Source: Bacillota bacterium
Lineage (GTDB): Bacteria > Bacillota > Clostridia > Christensenellales > CAG-917
Reading direction: 5' to 3'
DNA: 64,000 nt
Assembly: GCA_023665365.1 (NCBI GenBank)
Contig: JAMPEA010000007.1
Coordinates: 4,516 to 68,515 of the forward strand
Shown here: one piece after another, positions 1 to 9,395 of the stretch
Layout of the letters: each line of letters opens with the position of its first letter
How positions within the stretch are numbered: position 1 is the stretch's first letter
Made by a program: the position numbers and the translations under genes
Notes under the pieces: generated by a model
The model's input: the letters and a program-made list of their open reading frames with translations, nothing else
Databases searched by the model: none
What the model was told of the DNA's origin: nothing

Positions 1-1
1 G

Positions 2-2767
2 CTATTTAAAAACGAAACGCACAATCACCCGACCGAAATCGAACCTTTCGGCGGCGCGGCGACCTGCATCGGCGGCGCAATCCGCGACCCGCTGTCGGGG
101 CGTTCATACGTGTACGGCGCAATGCGCGTGACGGGCGCGGGCAATCCGCTAACTCCCGTAAGCGAAACGATAAAAGGAAAGCTCCCGCAACGCAAAATAG
201 TCACGACCGCGGCGGCAGGATATTCCTCATACGGCAATCAGATAGGGCTTGCCACGGGCATCGTTGACGAGATATATCACGACGGCTACGCCGCAAAGCG
301 CATGGAAATAGGCGCGGTTATAGCGGCAACTCCCGCTCAGAACGTTCGCCGCGAGCGTCCGAGCGCGGGCGACGTGGTGATTTTGCTCGGCGGAAGCACG
401 GGGCGCGATGGTTGCGGCGGCGCTACGGGGTCGAGCAAATCGCATACCGCTCAATCGCTTGAAACTTGCGGGGCGGAGGTGCAAAAGGGCAACGCTCCCG
501 AGGAGAGAAAACTCCAACGTCTTTTCAGAAACGGCGAAGCCTGTAAGATGATAAAGCGTTGCAACGACTTCGGCGCGGGCGGCGTATCGGTTGCGATAGG
601 AGAACTTGCCGACGGACTTAAAATCGACTTAAACGCCGTGCCAAAGAAGTATAAGGGGCTTGACGGCACCGAGCTTGCAATCAGCGAATCGCAGGAGCGT
701 ATGGCGGTCGTCGTTGAGGCTAAGGACGTAGAAAGATTTTTGCAACTCGCCGAGCAGGAAAACCTGCAAGCGTGTCAAGTTGCCGTCGTGCAGGATTTGC
801 CTCGCTTGCAAATGAGCTGGAACGGCAAAACGATTGTTGACGTCAGCCGCGAATTTTTAAATTCCAACGGAGCGGAAAAGCATATCGACGTTATCACAAG
901 CAAGGCGCAATACTCCCAAAAGCCCGCAGTCGGCGGATTTAAAGAGGGCGTACTCGAAATGGCGGGCGACCTCAATATCTGCTCCAAGCGCGGGCTCGGC
1001 GAAACGTTTGACTCGACTATCGGCGCGGGCACGGTGCTTATGCCGTTCGGCGGAGCGCGTCAACGCACTCCAATACAAGCGATGGTGCAAAAGATTTCCG
1101 TCGAGAAAAAGCACACGGACGACTGCTCGCTTATGGCGTGGGGCTACAATCCCTTTATCTCGGAGCAAAGCCCATATCACGGCGCGTATCTCGCAGTTGT
1201 GGAGTCTGCCAGCAAACTGATAGCTTCGGGCGCGCAGTTTAAAGACGTATACCTCACTTTTCAAGAGTATTTCGAGCGTCTAAACAAGGACGGCGAGCGT
1301 TGGGGCAAACCCTTAGCCGCTTTGCTCGGAGCATTCGAGGCTCAAAAGAATTTGGGCATAGGCGCAATCGGAGGCAAGGACTCCATGAGCGGATCGTTTG
1401 AGGATATTCACGTGCCGCCCACGCTCGTCTCGTTTGCCGTTACGACCGACAAAGTGAAAAATATTATTTCGCCCGAATTCAAAAAGGCGGGCGACAAGGT
1501 AGTTATGTTTGCGCCCGAGTACGGCGAAAACGGATTGCCTAAAACCGCGTCGCTCCTTGCCGTTTACGATAAGGTTTCAAAAATTTTGCGCGAGGGCAAG
1601 GCGGTCGCGTGCTATACGCCTACGCTCGGAGGCATTGCCGAGGCAGTGATTAAATCCTGTATGGGCAACGGATTAGGATTTGAATTCGACAAAAATTTGA
1701 GCGTGAACGAGATTTTCGCATACAACTACGGCGCGTTTTTGCTCGAAGTAGCCAGCGACTTTGACGAGGGCGGAGTCACGATAGGCAAAATCACCGCCGA
1801 AAGGACGCTGTCCTTAAACGGCGAAAGCGTCGAGTTCGACGAAATCGAAAAAGCGTATGAAGACAAACTAGAAAGCGTGTACTCCTGCAATATCGAGCAG
1901 GGCGACGGCAATATGGAGACGTTCTCTTACGACCTTAAAGAGCGCGTAGCTCCCGCGATTAAAGTCGCAAAGCCGAAAGTGCTTATTCCTGCGTTCCCCG
2001 GCACGAACTGCGAGTTTGACAGCGCAAAGGCGATGCGCGACGCGGGTGCGGAGCCCGAAATCATCGTCATCAACAATCTCAGCGCGAGCGGAATTTCCCG
2101 CAGTATGGAGAAGTTCGCCGAGGCGCTTAAACAGTCGCAAATCGTGTTTATCCCCGGAGGATTTTCCGGCGGCGACGAGCCGGACGGAAGCGGCAAGTTT
2201 ATCACCGCATTCTTCCGCAACGCCATTATTAAAGAGGGCGTCACCGATTTGCTCGAAAGGCGAGACGGGCTTATGCTCGGCATCTGCAACGGCTTTCAAG
2301 CACTTATAAAGCTCGGACTTGTGCCGTACGGCAAGATTATCGACACCGACGAGAATTGCCCGACGCTTACTTTCAACACAATATCGCGCCACCAATCCAA
2401 AATAGTCAGAACGAGGATTGCGTCCAACAAGTCGCCTTGGCTTGCGGGTACAGCGGTCGGCGAGGTGTACAACGTGCCGATTTCGCACGGCGAGGGCAGG
2501 TTCTTCGCAGATGAGAAGCTCATTCTCGAACTTGCAAAAAACGGACAAATCGCCACTCAATACGTGGATTTTGACAATCGCGCTACGAGCGAGATACAGT
2601 TTAACCCCAATAACTCTGCGTACGCAATCGAGGGCATCACGTCCTTCGACGGCAGAGTGTTTGGCAAAATGGGACACTCCGAGCGCATAGGAAGCGGTCT
2701 GTATAAAAACGTCGTCGGCAACTACGATATGAAGATATTCGAGTCGGCTGTCAAGTATTTTAAGTGA
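2..2767 (+). CDS. purL: phosphoribosylformylglycinamidine (FGAM) synthase, fused large PurL type with C-terminal glutaminase; 5' end outside window
   Basis: Frame is open from nt 2 (LFKNETHNHPTEIEPFGGAATCIGGAIRDP), so the listed ATG at 110 is internal. The C-terminal third carries class-I amidotransferase motifs (GICNGFQ, SHGEGRF). Confidence 0.9.
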   Translation, partial: LFKNETHNHPTEIEPFGGAATCIGGAIRDPLSGRSYVYGAMRVTGAGNPLTPVSETIKGKLPQRKIVTTAAAGYSSYGNQIGLATGIVDEIYHDGYAAKRMEIGAVIAATPAQNVRRERPSAGDVVILLGGSTGRDGCGGATGSSKSHTAQSLETCGAEVQKGNAPEERKLQRLFRNGEACKMIKRCNDFGAGGVSVAIGELADGLKIDLNAVPKKYKGLDGTELAISESQERMAVVVEAKDVERFLQLAEQENLQACQVAVVQDLPRLQMSWNGKTIVDVSREFLNSNGAEKHIDVITSKAQYSQKPAVGGFKEGVLEMAGDLNICSKRGLGETFDSTIGAGTVLMPFGGARQRTPIQAMVQKISVEKKHTDDCSLMAWGYNPFISEQSPYHGAYLAVVESASKLIASGAQFKDVYLTFQEYFERLNKDGERWGKPLAALLGAFEAQKNLGIGAIGGKDSMSGSFEDIHVPPTLVSFAVTTDKVKNIISPEFKKAGDKVVMFAPEYGENGLPKTASLLAVYDKVSKILREGKAVACYTPTLGGIAEAVIKSCMGNGLGFEFDKNLSVNEIFAYNYGAFLLEVASDFDEGGVTIGKITAERTLSLNGESVEFDEIEKAYEDKLESVYSCNIEQGDGNMETFSYDLKERVAPAIKVAKPKVLIPAFPGTNCEFDSAKAMRDAGAEPEIIVINNLSASGISRSMEKFAEALKQSQIVFIPGGFSGGDEPDGSGKFITAFFRNAIIKEGVTDLLERRDGLMLGICNGFQALIKLGLVPYGKIIDTDENCPTLTFNTISRHQSKIVRTRIASNKSPWLAGTAVGEVYNVPISHGEGRFFADEKLILELAKNGQIATQYVDFDNRATSEIQFNPNNSAYAIEGITSFDGRVFGKMGHSERIGSGLYKNVVGNYDMKIFESAVKYFK

Positions 2768-2777
2768 TAGGTGAGCT

Positions 2778-3629
2778 ATGCAAATCATCGACGGAAAACT
2801 CGTCGCCCGCGAAACTCGCGCACAGATTGCAAACGAAGTCGCAAAACTAAGGGCTAAGGGTCTTAAACGCGAAATAGGGCTTGCGGTCATATTTGTGGGA
2901 GACAATCCCGCGTCCGAGGTTTACGTGCGCAACAAGATAAAAGCGTGCGAGGAGGTCGGCATAAAATCCTTTTTATGCAAACTTCCTAACGAAAGCACGT
3001 TTGAGGAAGTAGCAAGTACGATTGAAAGCCTCAACCGAAATCCCGACGTAACGGGAATGATTTTGCAACTGCCGATACCCAAACATCTTGACGAAAACAA
3101 GCTCATCGACCTTATCGCGCCCGAAAAGGACGTGGACGGTTGTACTGCGACGCAAAAGGGCAGGCTTTGGACGGGGCGCGACAGCCTTATCGCGTGCACT
3201 CCTTATGGCGTGATGAGGCTACTCGATTTTTACAATATTCCGCTCGAAGGCAAAAGCGCGGTCGTTGTGGGACGCTCAAACCTCGTCGGCAAGCCGATGG
3301 CGCAACTGTTGCTTGACAGAAACTGCACGGTTACGCTGTGCCACTCCCGCACAAAAAACCTAAAAGAGGTTACAGGGAGTGCGGATATTGTCGTCGTTGC
3401 GATAGGCAAAGCCAAGTTTTTACAAGCCGATATGGTGCGCGAGGGCGCGGTCGTCGTAGACGTAGGCATGAATAGAGACGAAAACGGCAAACTCTGCGGC
3501 GACGTGGATTTTGAAAGCATAGCGCCAAAGTGCTCGTATATCACGCCCGTCCCCGGCGGAGTAGGTCCAATGACGGTGACGATGCTCATTGCAAATACTT
3601 TGCAAGCGTACAAAAACTCTTGTTTATAA
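2778..3629 (+). CDS. folD: bifunctional methylenetetrahydrofolate dehydrogenase/cyclohydrolase
   Basis: 283 aa with motifs VGDNPASEVYVRNK, ILQLPIP, VVVGRSNLVGKPMAQLL and TPVPGGVGPMT. SD AGGTGAG lies upstream. Confidence 0.95.
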   Translation: MQIIDGKLVARETRAQIANEVAKLRAKGLKREIGLAVIFVGDNPASEVYVRNKIKACEEVGIKSFLCKLPNESTFEEVASTIESLNRNPDVTGMILQLPIPKHLDENKLIDLIAPEKDVDGCTATQKGRLWTGRDSLIACTPYGVMRLLDFYNIPLEGKSAVVVGRSNLVGKPMAQLLLDRNCTVTLCHSRTKNLKEVTGSADIVVVAIGKAKFLQADMVREGAVVVDVGMNRDENGKLCGDVDFESIAPKCSYITPVPGGVGPMTVTMLIANTLQAYKNSCL

Positions 3630-3653
3630 ACGACAAAATAAATTGTAATAAAT

Positions 3654-3680
3654 AACGAACCTTGTGAGTTCGTTTTTTAT
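3654..3680. terminator. bidirectional intrinsic terminator between convergent folD and the aminotransferase gene
   Basis: AACGAAC-cttgtga-GTTCGTT hairpin followed by TTTTT, with an A-rich left flank. Confidence 0.7.
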
Positions 3681-3691
3681 TTAACAAATAA

Positions 3692-4894
3692 TCAGTTGAT
3701 CACTTGTTTTTTTCGCACCTCGCGCACGAATTCCTCTATCAAATCAAACGCTTTTTTTATTACGTCAAGCGAGTAGGCATAGCTTATGCGAATGAAATCC
3801 TTTCCGCTTTTCCCAAAAGCGTTGCCGGGGACGACCGCTACGTTTTTCGCGTCGAGCAAGGCGTAGGCAAATTTTTCGCCGTCCATACCCGTGGACTTTA
3901 CGCTCGGAAAAACGTAAAAAGCTCCGCGCGGCGTAAAGCAATCAAGCCCCATTTTTTCAAGGCGTTTAAGGACGTATTTTCTTCGCGTATCGTAAACTTG
4001 CATCATTGCGTGCACTTCTTTAAATCCGTTTTTCAGCGAAGTGTTTAACGCCTCGTAGGCGGTGTATTGCGCGGCTGTCGATGCACACATGACAGAATAT
4101 TGGTGAATTTTGTGCATAACTTCGATTATCTCGCGCGGGGCGCAGACGTAGCCCAGTCGCCAGCCCGTCATTGCAAAATATTTTGAAAATCCGCTTATCA
4201 CAATCGTGCGCTCGCGCATATCGTCAATCGACGCAATAGAAGTGAACTTCAATCCGTCGTAAACGAGCTCGCCGTAAATTTCGTCGCTGAAAACGATTAG
4301 ATTGTGCCGTTTGATTGTCGGGACGAGCGCTTTCAAATCGTTTTCGTCCATAACCGCGCCTGTGGGATTGTTGGGATAGGCGAGGAGTAATCCCTTTGTC
4401 TTGTCTGTGATTTTAGCTTCAAGCAATGCGGGAGTGAGTTTGAACTCGTCCTCTAATTTGCACTCGACAGGCACGGGAGTCGCTCCGCAAAGCGATACGA
4501 GCGGAGCGTAGCAAACAAAGCAGGGCTCGGGTATCAAAATCTCGTCTCCCAGTGCGCAAACGGCGCGGAACGCCGCGTCTATGCCTTCGGACGCGCCTAC
4601 GGTGATGAGTATTTCGTCTTGCGGGTCGTAGTCAACTCCTATAAACCGCTTTGTGTATTTTGAAATTAGGTCGCGGAGTTCAAAGAGTCCTGCGTTTGCG
4701 GTGTAGTGGGTTTTGCCTGCGTTTATACTCTTTACGCCTGCTTGACTGAATATCGTAGGCGTAGAGAAGTCCGGTTCGCCGACCCCGAGAGATATGCAAT
4801 TCTTTCTCGCGGCGGCAATCCCGAAAAACTTTCTTATTCCCGACGGCTTTAAATCCATTGCAACGGGATTGAGTATGGAGCGATAATCAATCAT
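3692..4894 (-). CDS. class I/II PLP-dependent aminotransferase (aspartate/aromatic type)
   Basis: 400 aa with YPNNPTG, SGFSKYFAMTGWRLGY (PLP-lysine motif) and RISY near the C-terminus. AGAGGA SD is present. Confidence 0.85.
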   Translation of the reverse strand: MIDYRSILNPVAMDLKPSGIRKFFGIAAARKNCISLGVGEPDFSTPTIFSQAGVKSINAGKTHYTANAGLFELRDLISKYTKRFIGVDYDPQDEILITVGASEGIDAAFRAVCALGDEILIPEPCFVCYAPLVSLCGATPVPVECKLEDEFKLTPALLEAKITDKTKGLLLAYPNNPTGAVMDENDLKALVPTIKRHNLIVFSDEIYGELVYDGLKFTSIASIDDMRERTIVISGFSKYFAMTGWRLGYVCAPREIIEVMHKIHQYSVMCASTAAQYTAYEALNTSLKNGFKEVHAMMQVYDTRRKYVLKRLEKMGLDCFTPRGAFYVFPSVKSTGMDGEKFAYALLDAKNVAVVPGNAFGKSGKDFIRISYAYSLDVIKKAFDLIEEFVREVRKKQVIN

Positions 4895-5094
4895 AAAATC
4901 CTCTTGTTCAAGCTCTGACGATATATTATTTTATATAAAACTGCGCGCTAAGTTGACAAATCTGCGGCAAAACTTTCATTCGATATTGAAATTGTGTCAA
5001 ATAGGTGCTATGATTTTTGTGGAATTTGAATAACTATGTGTCGGAATACGCCGTAAAAATCGTATAATGAGCGTGTGCATAGTTTGAGGTGAAT

Positions 5095-5652
5095 ATGAAA
5101 AAACTGATTTCTATTATCGGCGACGCTGTCGTGGACGACAGCAATAAGCGCGCATTTGCCTACGCAATGGGCAAAGCGCTCGTAGATAACGGCTATCGCG
5201 TCGTATCGGGCGGGCTCGGCGGAATAATGAAAGCGGTGTTCGAGGGCGCGAGGGCTTCCGAGTTCTATCAAGAGGGCGATACGATTGCGATACTTCCGTA
5301 TTTCGACCGCACGAGGTCGAACGGCTATGCGGATATAGTTATAGCCACGGGTCTTGACCTATATCGCAATATAATCGTAGCCAATTCCGACGCGGTGATT
5401 GCGGTGGGCGGAGGTGCGGGCACGCTTTGTGAGCTGTCATCTGCTTGGACTTTGAAACGTCTGATATTGGCTTACGAGGACTGCGACGGTTGGAGCGCCA
5501 AGATTGCAGGCGAACGCCTCGACAATCGTATCCGCTACGAAAATATCGAGGAAGATAGGGTGTTCGGCGTGAAAACTCCCGACGAGGCAATCGCCATACT
5601 CGAAAAGTATATCGGGCAGTACGACAGGTGGTATCAAGGTATTAAACCTTAA
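5095..5652 (+). CDS. TIGR00725 / LOG-SLOG type Rossmann-fold protein, function unknown
   Basis: Motifs GGLGGIMKAV and AVGGGAGTLCEL. ATG 5095 is preferred over GTG 5089 because of the GAGGTG SD. Confidence 0.6.
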   Translation: MKKLISIIGDAVVDDSNKRAFAYAMGKALVDNGYRVVSGGLGGIMKAVFEGARASEFYQEGDTIAILPYFDRTRSNGYADIVIATGLDLYRNIIVANSDAVIAVGGGAGTLCELSSAWTLKRLILAYEDCDGWSAKIAGERLDNRIRYENIEEDRVFGVKTPDEAIAILEKYIGQYDRWYQGIKP

Positions 5653-5676
5653 TTAAATCCGACGCTAAATAAAAAT

Positions 5677-5705
5677 AAATCCAGCCGTTCGGTTGGATTT
5701 ATTAA
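5677..5705. terminator. bidirectional terminator hairpin
   Basis: AAATCCAGCC-gttc-GGTTGGATTT (10-bp stem with one G-U pair) between convergent genes. Confidence 0.6.
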
Positions 5706-5727
5706 ATTTGCTATTTATGAGGAAATT

Positions 5728-8232
5728 CTATTTTAACTTTCTTTCCGCCTTTCTTTCGGCTTCCGAGGATTTCTTTTTGGTTATTTCGATTGCGATGAAT
5801 ATGCCTATTCCCGCAACCGCGACAAAGCAGGCGACGACAATGGACACGATTTGCACAGTCGTAAGACCGCTGAGCACGACCTCGTTTTTGAGCATATAGC
5901 CGATTGTTTCGTTATATCTTATCATATAATATCCGTCAAGCTCGTCGAGCACTTCGATTTTAGTGCCGTCTACGATGCTGAAAAGCGCTTCTGCGTCGGC
6001 GCTTGCGCCGCCGTACACGTTTACGAGACCGCCTACGCGCTTAGCCCTGGCTCTGCCGATTTCCTTTTCGCCTTCGCCGGCAATTTCCGAGAATGCGCCG
6101 CAATCGCTCGCGGGAACGAAATAGATTTTCTCGTCGTGCGCAACGCGTAGCCATTTGGCGTTTTCAAAATCCGCGCAGTCGCCGATAAGAGTAAACCTCG
6201 TACCGACTGGGGCGGGGATTTTTCCGTTTGCTACGTTTGGCAACGCGTATAGCGCGGTGTCGTTTTTTGCCGCGTAATCGCCGTCAAGCTCATTGACGGG
6301 AACGATCTCGTAATCCGCCTGTCTGATTTTAAAGAAGTTGCCGTTGAGGAGCGCGTATGCCCAAATCTCATCGGCGTTGTCAAGCACGAGTATCGTCTCC
6401 GTCGGCGCGGGAGTGATTGCCTCCATACGCCCGTTTGAGGGGACTGTATACGAAATCGTATTGGCTTTTAGCTTTGCAAAATGATAACTTGCGTCCGCGC
6501 TCGGCACGAACGAAGCCGCTTCATAGCTTTCCTTAGTGTAGGCTTGCACTGCGGATTTTCCAATCAAACACTCCAAAGTGGAGAAGTAAAGCGAATTGTT
6601 TTCGATGCAGAGCGAGTTTGCTTTCGCGTACGCAGTCGCGTTATAAAATTCGGTTGAGGATAACTGTGTAAGCATCCCCAAATCGTTTTGATAAATATCG
6701 AAGCCGTCCTCGCGCAACGCGATGATTTGACCCGCGTAATCGACGGATATATCCGTCACGTCAGCGAAGTCGTGCCGAAGCGTACTGAGCAACGTTCCGT
6801 CCGACGAATACACTTCGACGCAATCGTCTTTAAGCACGTAAAGGTTTAAGCCGTCCTTTGCCGAAGTCAGTCGTCTTGCGCCGCTCGTATTTGCAAGTTT
6901 AAAGGCCTCGCCGCCTATCAGCGTATATAGCCCGTCGGATTTGAGTAGATAAAGTTTGTCGAGATATGTTAAGTCTGTCACGTCGTCGGCGGAAATGGTT
7001 TGCGCAATTCTGTCGTTTTCGATTTTGTAAACGAAGCCGTCGTCGCAAAGCGCGTAAACTCCGGTGAGGTCAGCAGTCAGTCGTAGGGGAGCGGAATTCA
7101 AATCGACCGCGCTCATGACAGAGGCGGAATTGATAAATCCTACGCGTTTATTGCCCGTGTCGGCAACTGCGAGATTTTCGCCCGCCGTCACAACGTCGCT
7201 CGGGTTGTCGAGGTGCGAGGAGTCGTTGCCTGCCATGCTGATTGTGGACATCTTTCTAAACCCCGTATACTGTCCGTCCGCCGACTTTGCGAGCATGTAG
7301 GTCATAATCTGCTTGCCCTCGATGGTGTAAATTCTGTCGCCGTACACGCAGAAGCTGTCGGGTGTTACGTCGGACGGGAATAGGGTTTTGCCCGTGTTTT
7401 TGTCAATGCCGACAAGGCGGTTGTCGCCGAGCGCAAGTTGACCCACTATCACGTTCGCGCCGACGTACGCCTCGCTAATGTAGTTGGTCATGCCCTCGTT
7501 GACGAGTTCCTTTTTCAATACGGGGTCGTACACGATGAGATACGGGTCGCTTTTGTCGGTGGCAAACAAGTAGAGCAGGTGATTGTTGCCTGCGAGCACC
7601 TGTTTATTTGAAAATACAGGGTCGCCGTGCTCGTCCTCGTAGGTATGATTGTCAACTGTGACTTCGCCGACGTCGCCGTCCGCGTCGAAAGTCACGATTT
7701 GGAGATTTTCATCGTAAATGGACACCGAACCGTAGCCGTTTTTCGCATAGAGATATGTGCCGTCGCTGCGGAAGTAGTTTGCGTTGCTCGGCGATGTCAG
7801 CTCGCGCTTTTCGGGCGTGGCGGAAGTATCTTTCAAATCGACGGTGTAGTTTTCCTCGTCGGCGTGGATGAAGGCGATATTGCCGACCGCTTTGATATAC
7901 TCCACGTTTTTAAGGTCGAGGGGGAAGGCGTAAGTGCCTATCCTGTCTCCTCCTCGCACGAACATAGTCCTTGCCGTCTTGTCGTAGATGATGAGATAGG
8001 AATCGTTTGCCGCGATAAGCGTCGGGTCGTCGGACTGTATGTAACTGACCGTTGGGAATAAAACCGAAAACGTATCGTCCGAAGGCGCAGGAGAATCCGC
8101 ATAGGCAAAACGGCTCGCCCCAAGAGAGGAGAACGTCGCAAACGCCGTCAATATCAATAGCGCGACGGCGGTCGAGATAAGATAACGCATACTGCTTATT
8201 TTGCGAAATTTAGCCTTTTTTGACGATTTCAT
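5728..8232 (-). CDS. large surface protein: signal peptide, repeated beta-propeller-like blades, two SH3b-like modules, C-terminal TM anchor
   Basis: 834 aa. The N-terminus has a signal peptide (LISTAVALLILTAFATFSSLGA). Recurrent xLYxxxDGxxY blade-like repeats are present. SH3b-like segments include GTRFTLIGD..KWLRVAH and GTKIEVLDELDGYYMIRYNETIGYM. The C-terminus is hydrophobic (VSIVVACFVAVAGIGIFIAI) with a basic tail. Confidence 0.6.
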   Translation of the reverse strand: MKSSKKAKFRKISSMRYLISTAVALLILTAFATFSSLGASRFAYADSPAPSDDTFSVLFPTVSYIQSDDPTLIAANDSYLIIYDKTARTMFVRGGDRIGTYAFPLDLKNVEYIKAVGNIAFIHADEENYTVDLKDTSATPEKRELTSPSNANYFRSDGTYLYAKNGYGSVSIYDENLQIVTFDADGDVGEVTVDNHTYEDEHGDPVFSNKQVLAGNNHLLYLFATDKSDPYLIVYDPVLKKELVNEGMTNYISEAYVGANVIVGQLALGDNRLVGIDKNTGKTLFPSDVTPDSFCVYGDRIYTIEGKQIMTYMLAKSADGQYTGFRKMSTISMAGNDSSHLDNPSDVVTAGENLAVADTGNKRVGFINSASVMSAVDLNSAPLRLTADLTGVYALCDDGFVYKIENDRIAQTISADDVTDLTYLDKLYLLKSDGLYTLIGGEAFKLANTSGARRLTSAKDGLNLYVLKDDCVEVYSSDGTLLSTLRHDFADVTDISVDYAGQIIALREDGFDIYQNDLGMLTQLSSTEFYNATAYAKANSLCIENNSLYFSTLECLIGKSAVQAYTKESYEAASFVPSADASYHFAKLKANTISYTVPSNGRMEAITPAPTETILVLDNADEIWAYALLNGNFFKIRQADYEIVPVNELDGDYAAKNDTALYALPNVANGKIPAPVGTRFTLIGDCADFENAKWLRVAHDEKIYFVPASDCGAFSEIAGEGEKEIGRARAKRVGGLVNVYGGASADAEALFSIVDGTKIEVLDELDGYYMIRYNETIGYMLKNEVVLSGLTTVQIVSIVVACFVAVAGIGIFIAIEITKKKSSEAERKAERKLK

Positions 8233-8267
8233 AGTTATAGTATAACTATACTGCGAATTAAAGTCAA
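8233..8267 (-). promoter_or_regulatory. sigma-A type promoter giving a leaderless mRNA for the 834-aa surface protein
   Basis: On the minus strand: TTGACT (8262-8267), 17 nt, TATACT (8239-8244), 6 nt, ATG (8230-8232). No SD. Confidence 0.6.
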
Positions 8268-8353
8268 CTTAATGTGCGCTTTGTGCGTCGATATTGTGCC
8301 GTATTGCTTGAAATAATGTCGCAAATGTGTTAGGATAGTTGCATAGGTAAATT

Positions 8354-9217
8354 ATGGCTAACAAGAAATTCTATTATAAAAATAAGAGCAAAAAACAGCA
8401 AAGCGTCGAGAACGAATCCGTCGCGGATACGCGATATACTGCGGAACAGCTTGCGCTTAGCATAGAGAGTATGGGCATAAGCGAAAGCACCTGCGCATTG
8501 CTTTTGAAATATCAAATATCCACCGCAAGCGACCTTGTCAAGCGTTGCGATAAGGACATGTATAAAGTGCAGGGCTTCAATAAAAAGATGCTTTTCGAGG
8601 TCAAGGACGCGCTTCGCGCTCACGGAATGGCGTTGAAAGAAGAAGTCAAAAAGCCGACGAAAAACAACGCGCAACAGTCGTCCAAAAATCAAAAACAGGG
8701 CGCGGATGATGCAAAAGCCGACGGCAGGGAGCACAAATTCGGACTTGCCGACAGACGCTCGGATGGCAAAAATATAAAGCAACAGCCTAAGCAGCAACGT
8801 CAGCAGAAGCCCGAGAGACTTACTGAGCCGCTTACGATAGAAAACTGGCGCAAGATTATGAAGGGCGGCAAGTGGGGGTTCAGCGACGGCTTTAAAACCG
8901 TTATCCCCGCAATGTACGACGAGGTGTTCTGTTTCAAAGAGGGGGTCGCTTCCGTCGAAATCGACGGCAAATGCGGCTATATCGACGGCGAAAACAATAT
9001 AACCATTCCGCTCGATTACGACATAGCGATGAGTTTTTCCGACGGGCTTGCTATGGTCGCAAAAGGCGAGAAGTGCGGCTATATCAATAAAAACAACGAG
9101 ATAATTATTCCGTTTGAATACGACGCGGCAACTCCGTTTGAGGACGGCGAGGCAAAGGTCAAAAAAGACGGCAAATGGGCGACCGTCACAAAAGACAACA
9201 AACTCACTTGGATTTGA
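8354..9217 (+). CDS. WG-repeat (KWG) protein with an N-terminal RpoA-alpha-CTD-like helix-hairpin-helix and a basic linker
   Basis: The C-terminal half has four repeats of the type GKWGFSDG / GKCGYIDG / EKCGYINK / GKWATV. The N-terminus reads LSIESMGISESTCALLLKYQISTASDLV...VQGFNKKMLFEVKDAL. There is no signal peptide. Confidence 0.7.
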   Translation: MANKKFYYKNKSKKQQSVENESVADTRYTAEQLALSIESMGISESTCALLLKYQISTASDLVKRCDKDMYKVQGFNKKMLFEVKDALRAHGMALKEEVKKPTKNNAQQSSKNQKQGADDAKADGREHKFGLADRRSDGKNIKQQPKQQRQQKPERLTEPLTIENWRKIMKGGKWGFSDGFKTVIPAMYDEVFCFKEGVASVEIDGKCGYIDGENNITIPLDYDIAMSFSDGLAMVAKGEKCGYINKNNEIIIPFEYDAATPFEDGEAKVKKDGKWATVTKDNKLTWI

Positions 9218-9221
9218 TTTG

Positions 9222-9251
9222 AAAATATCCCGCAACCGCGGGATATTTTTT
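9222..9251 (+). terminator. intrinsic terminator
   Basis: AAAATATCCCGC-aacc-GCGGGATATTTT followed by TT. Confidence 0.85.
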
Positions 9252-9395
9252 GCTTACAATGTTAAAATAACCGATTAGATATACGAAAATCGCCGTTTTG
9301 ACATTTTGAAAAAATTTGGATATGTACAAGCTCGGCTTTGTGTACTATAATATTAAATAGCTTATGAGCAACTTGAATAATCGGAGGAGCGCGAT

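Noticed and set aside
110-112. The ATG at 110 as the start of the first gene.
   Set aside because: The frame is open to nt 2 and the upstream codons encode conserved FGAM synthase sequence (NETHNHPTEIEPFGGAATCIGG). The gene is simply truncated by the window edge.
8330-9235. A 301-aa minus-strand ORF that exactly covers the WG-repeat gene.
   Set aside because: The plus strand encodes four clear WG repeats and has a promoter and terminator. The minus-strand product has no recognisable features, so it is a shadow ORF.
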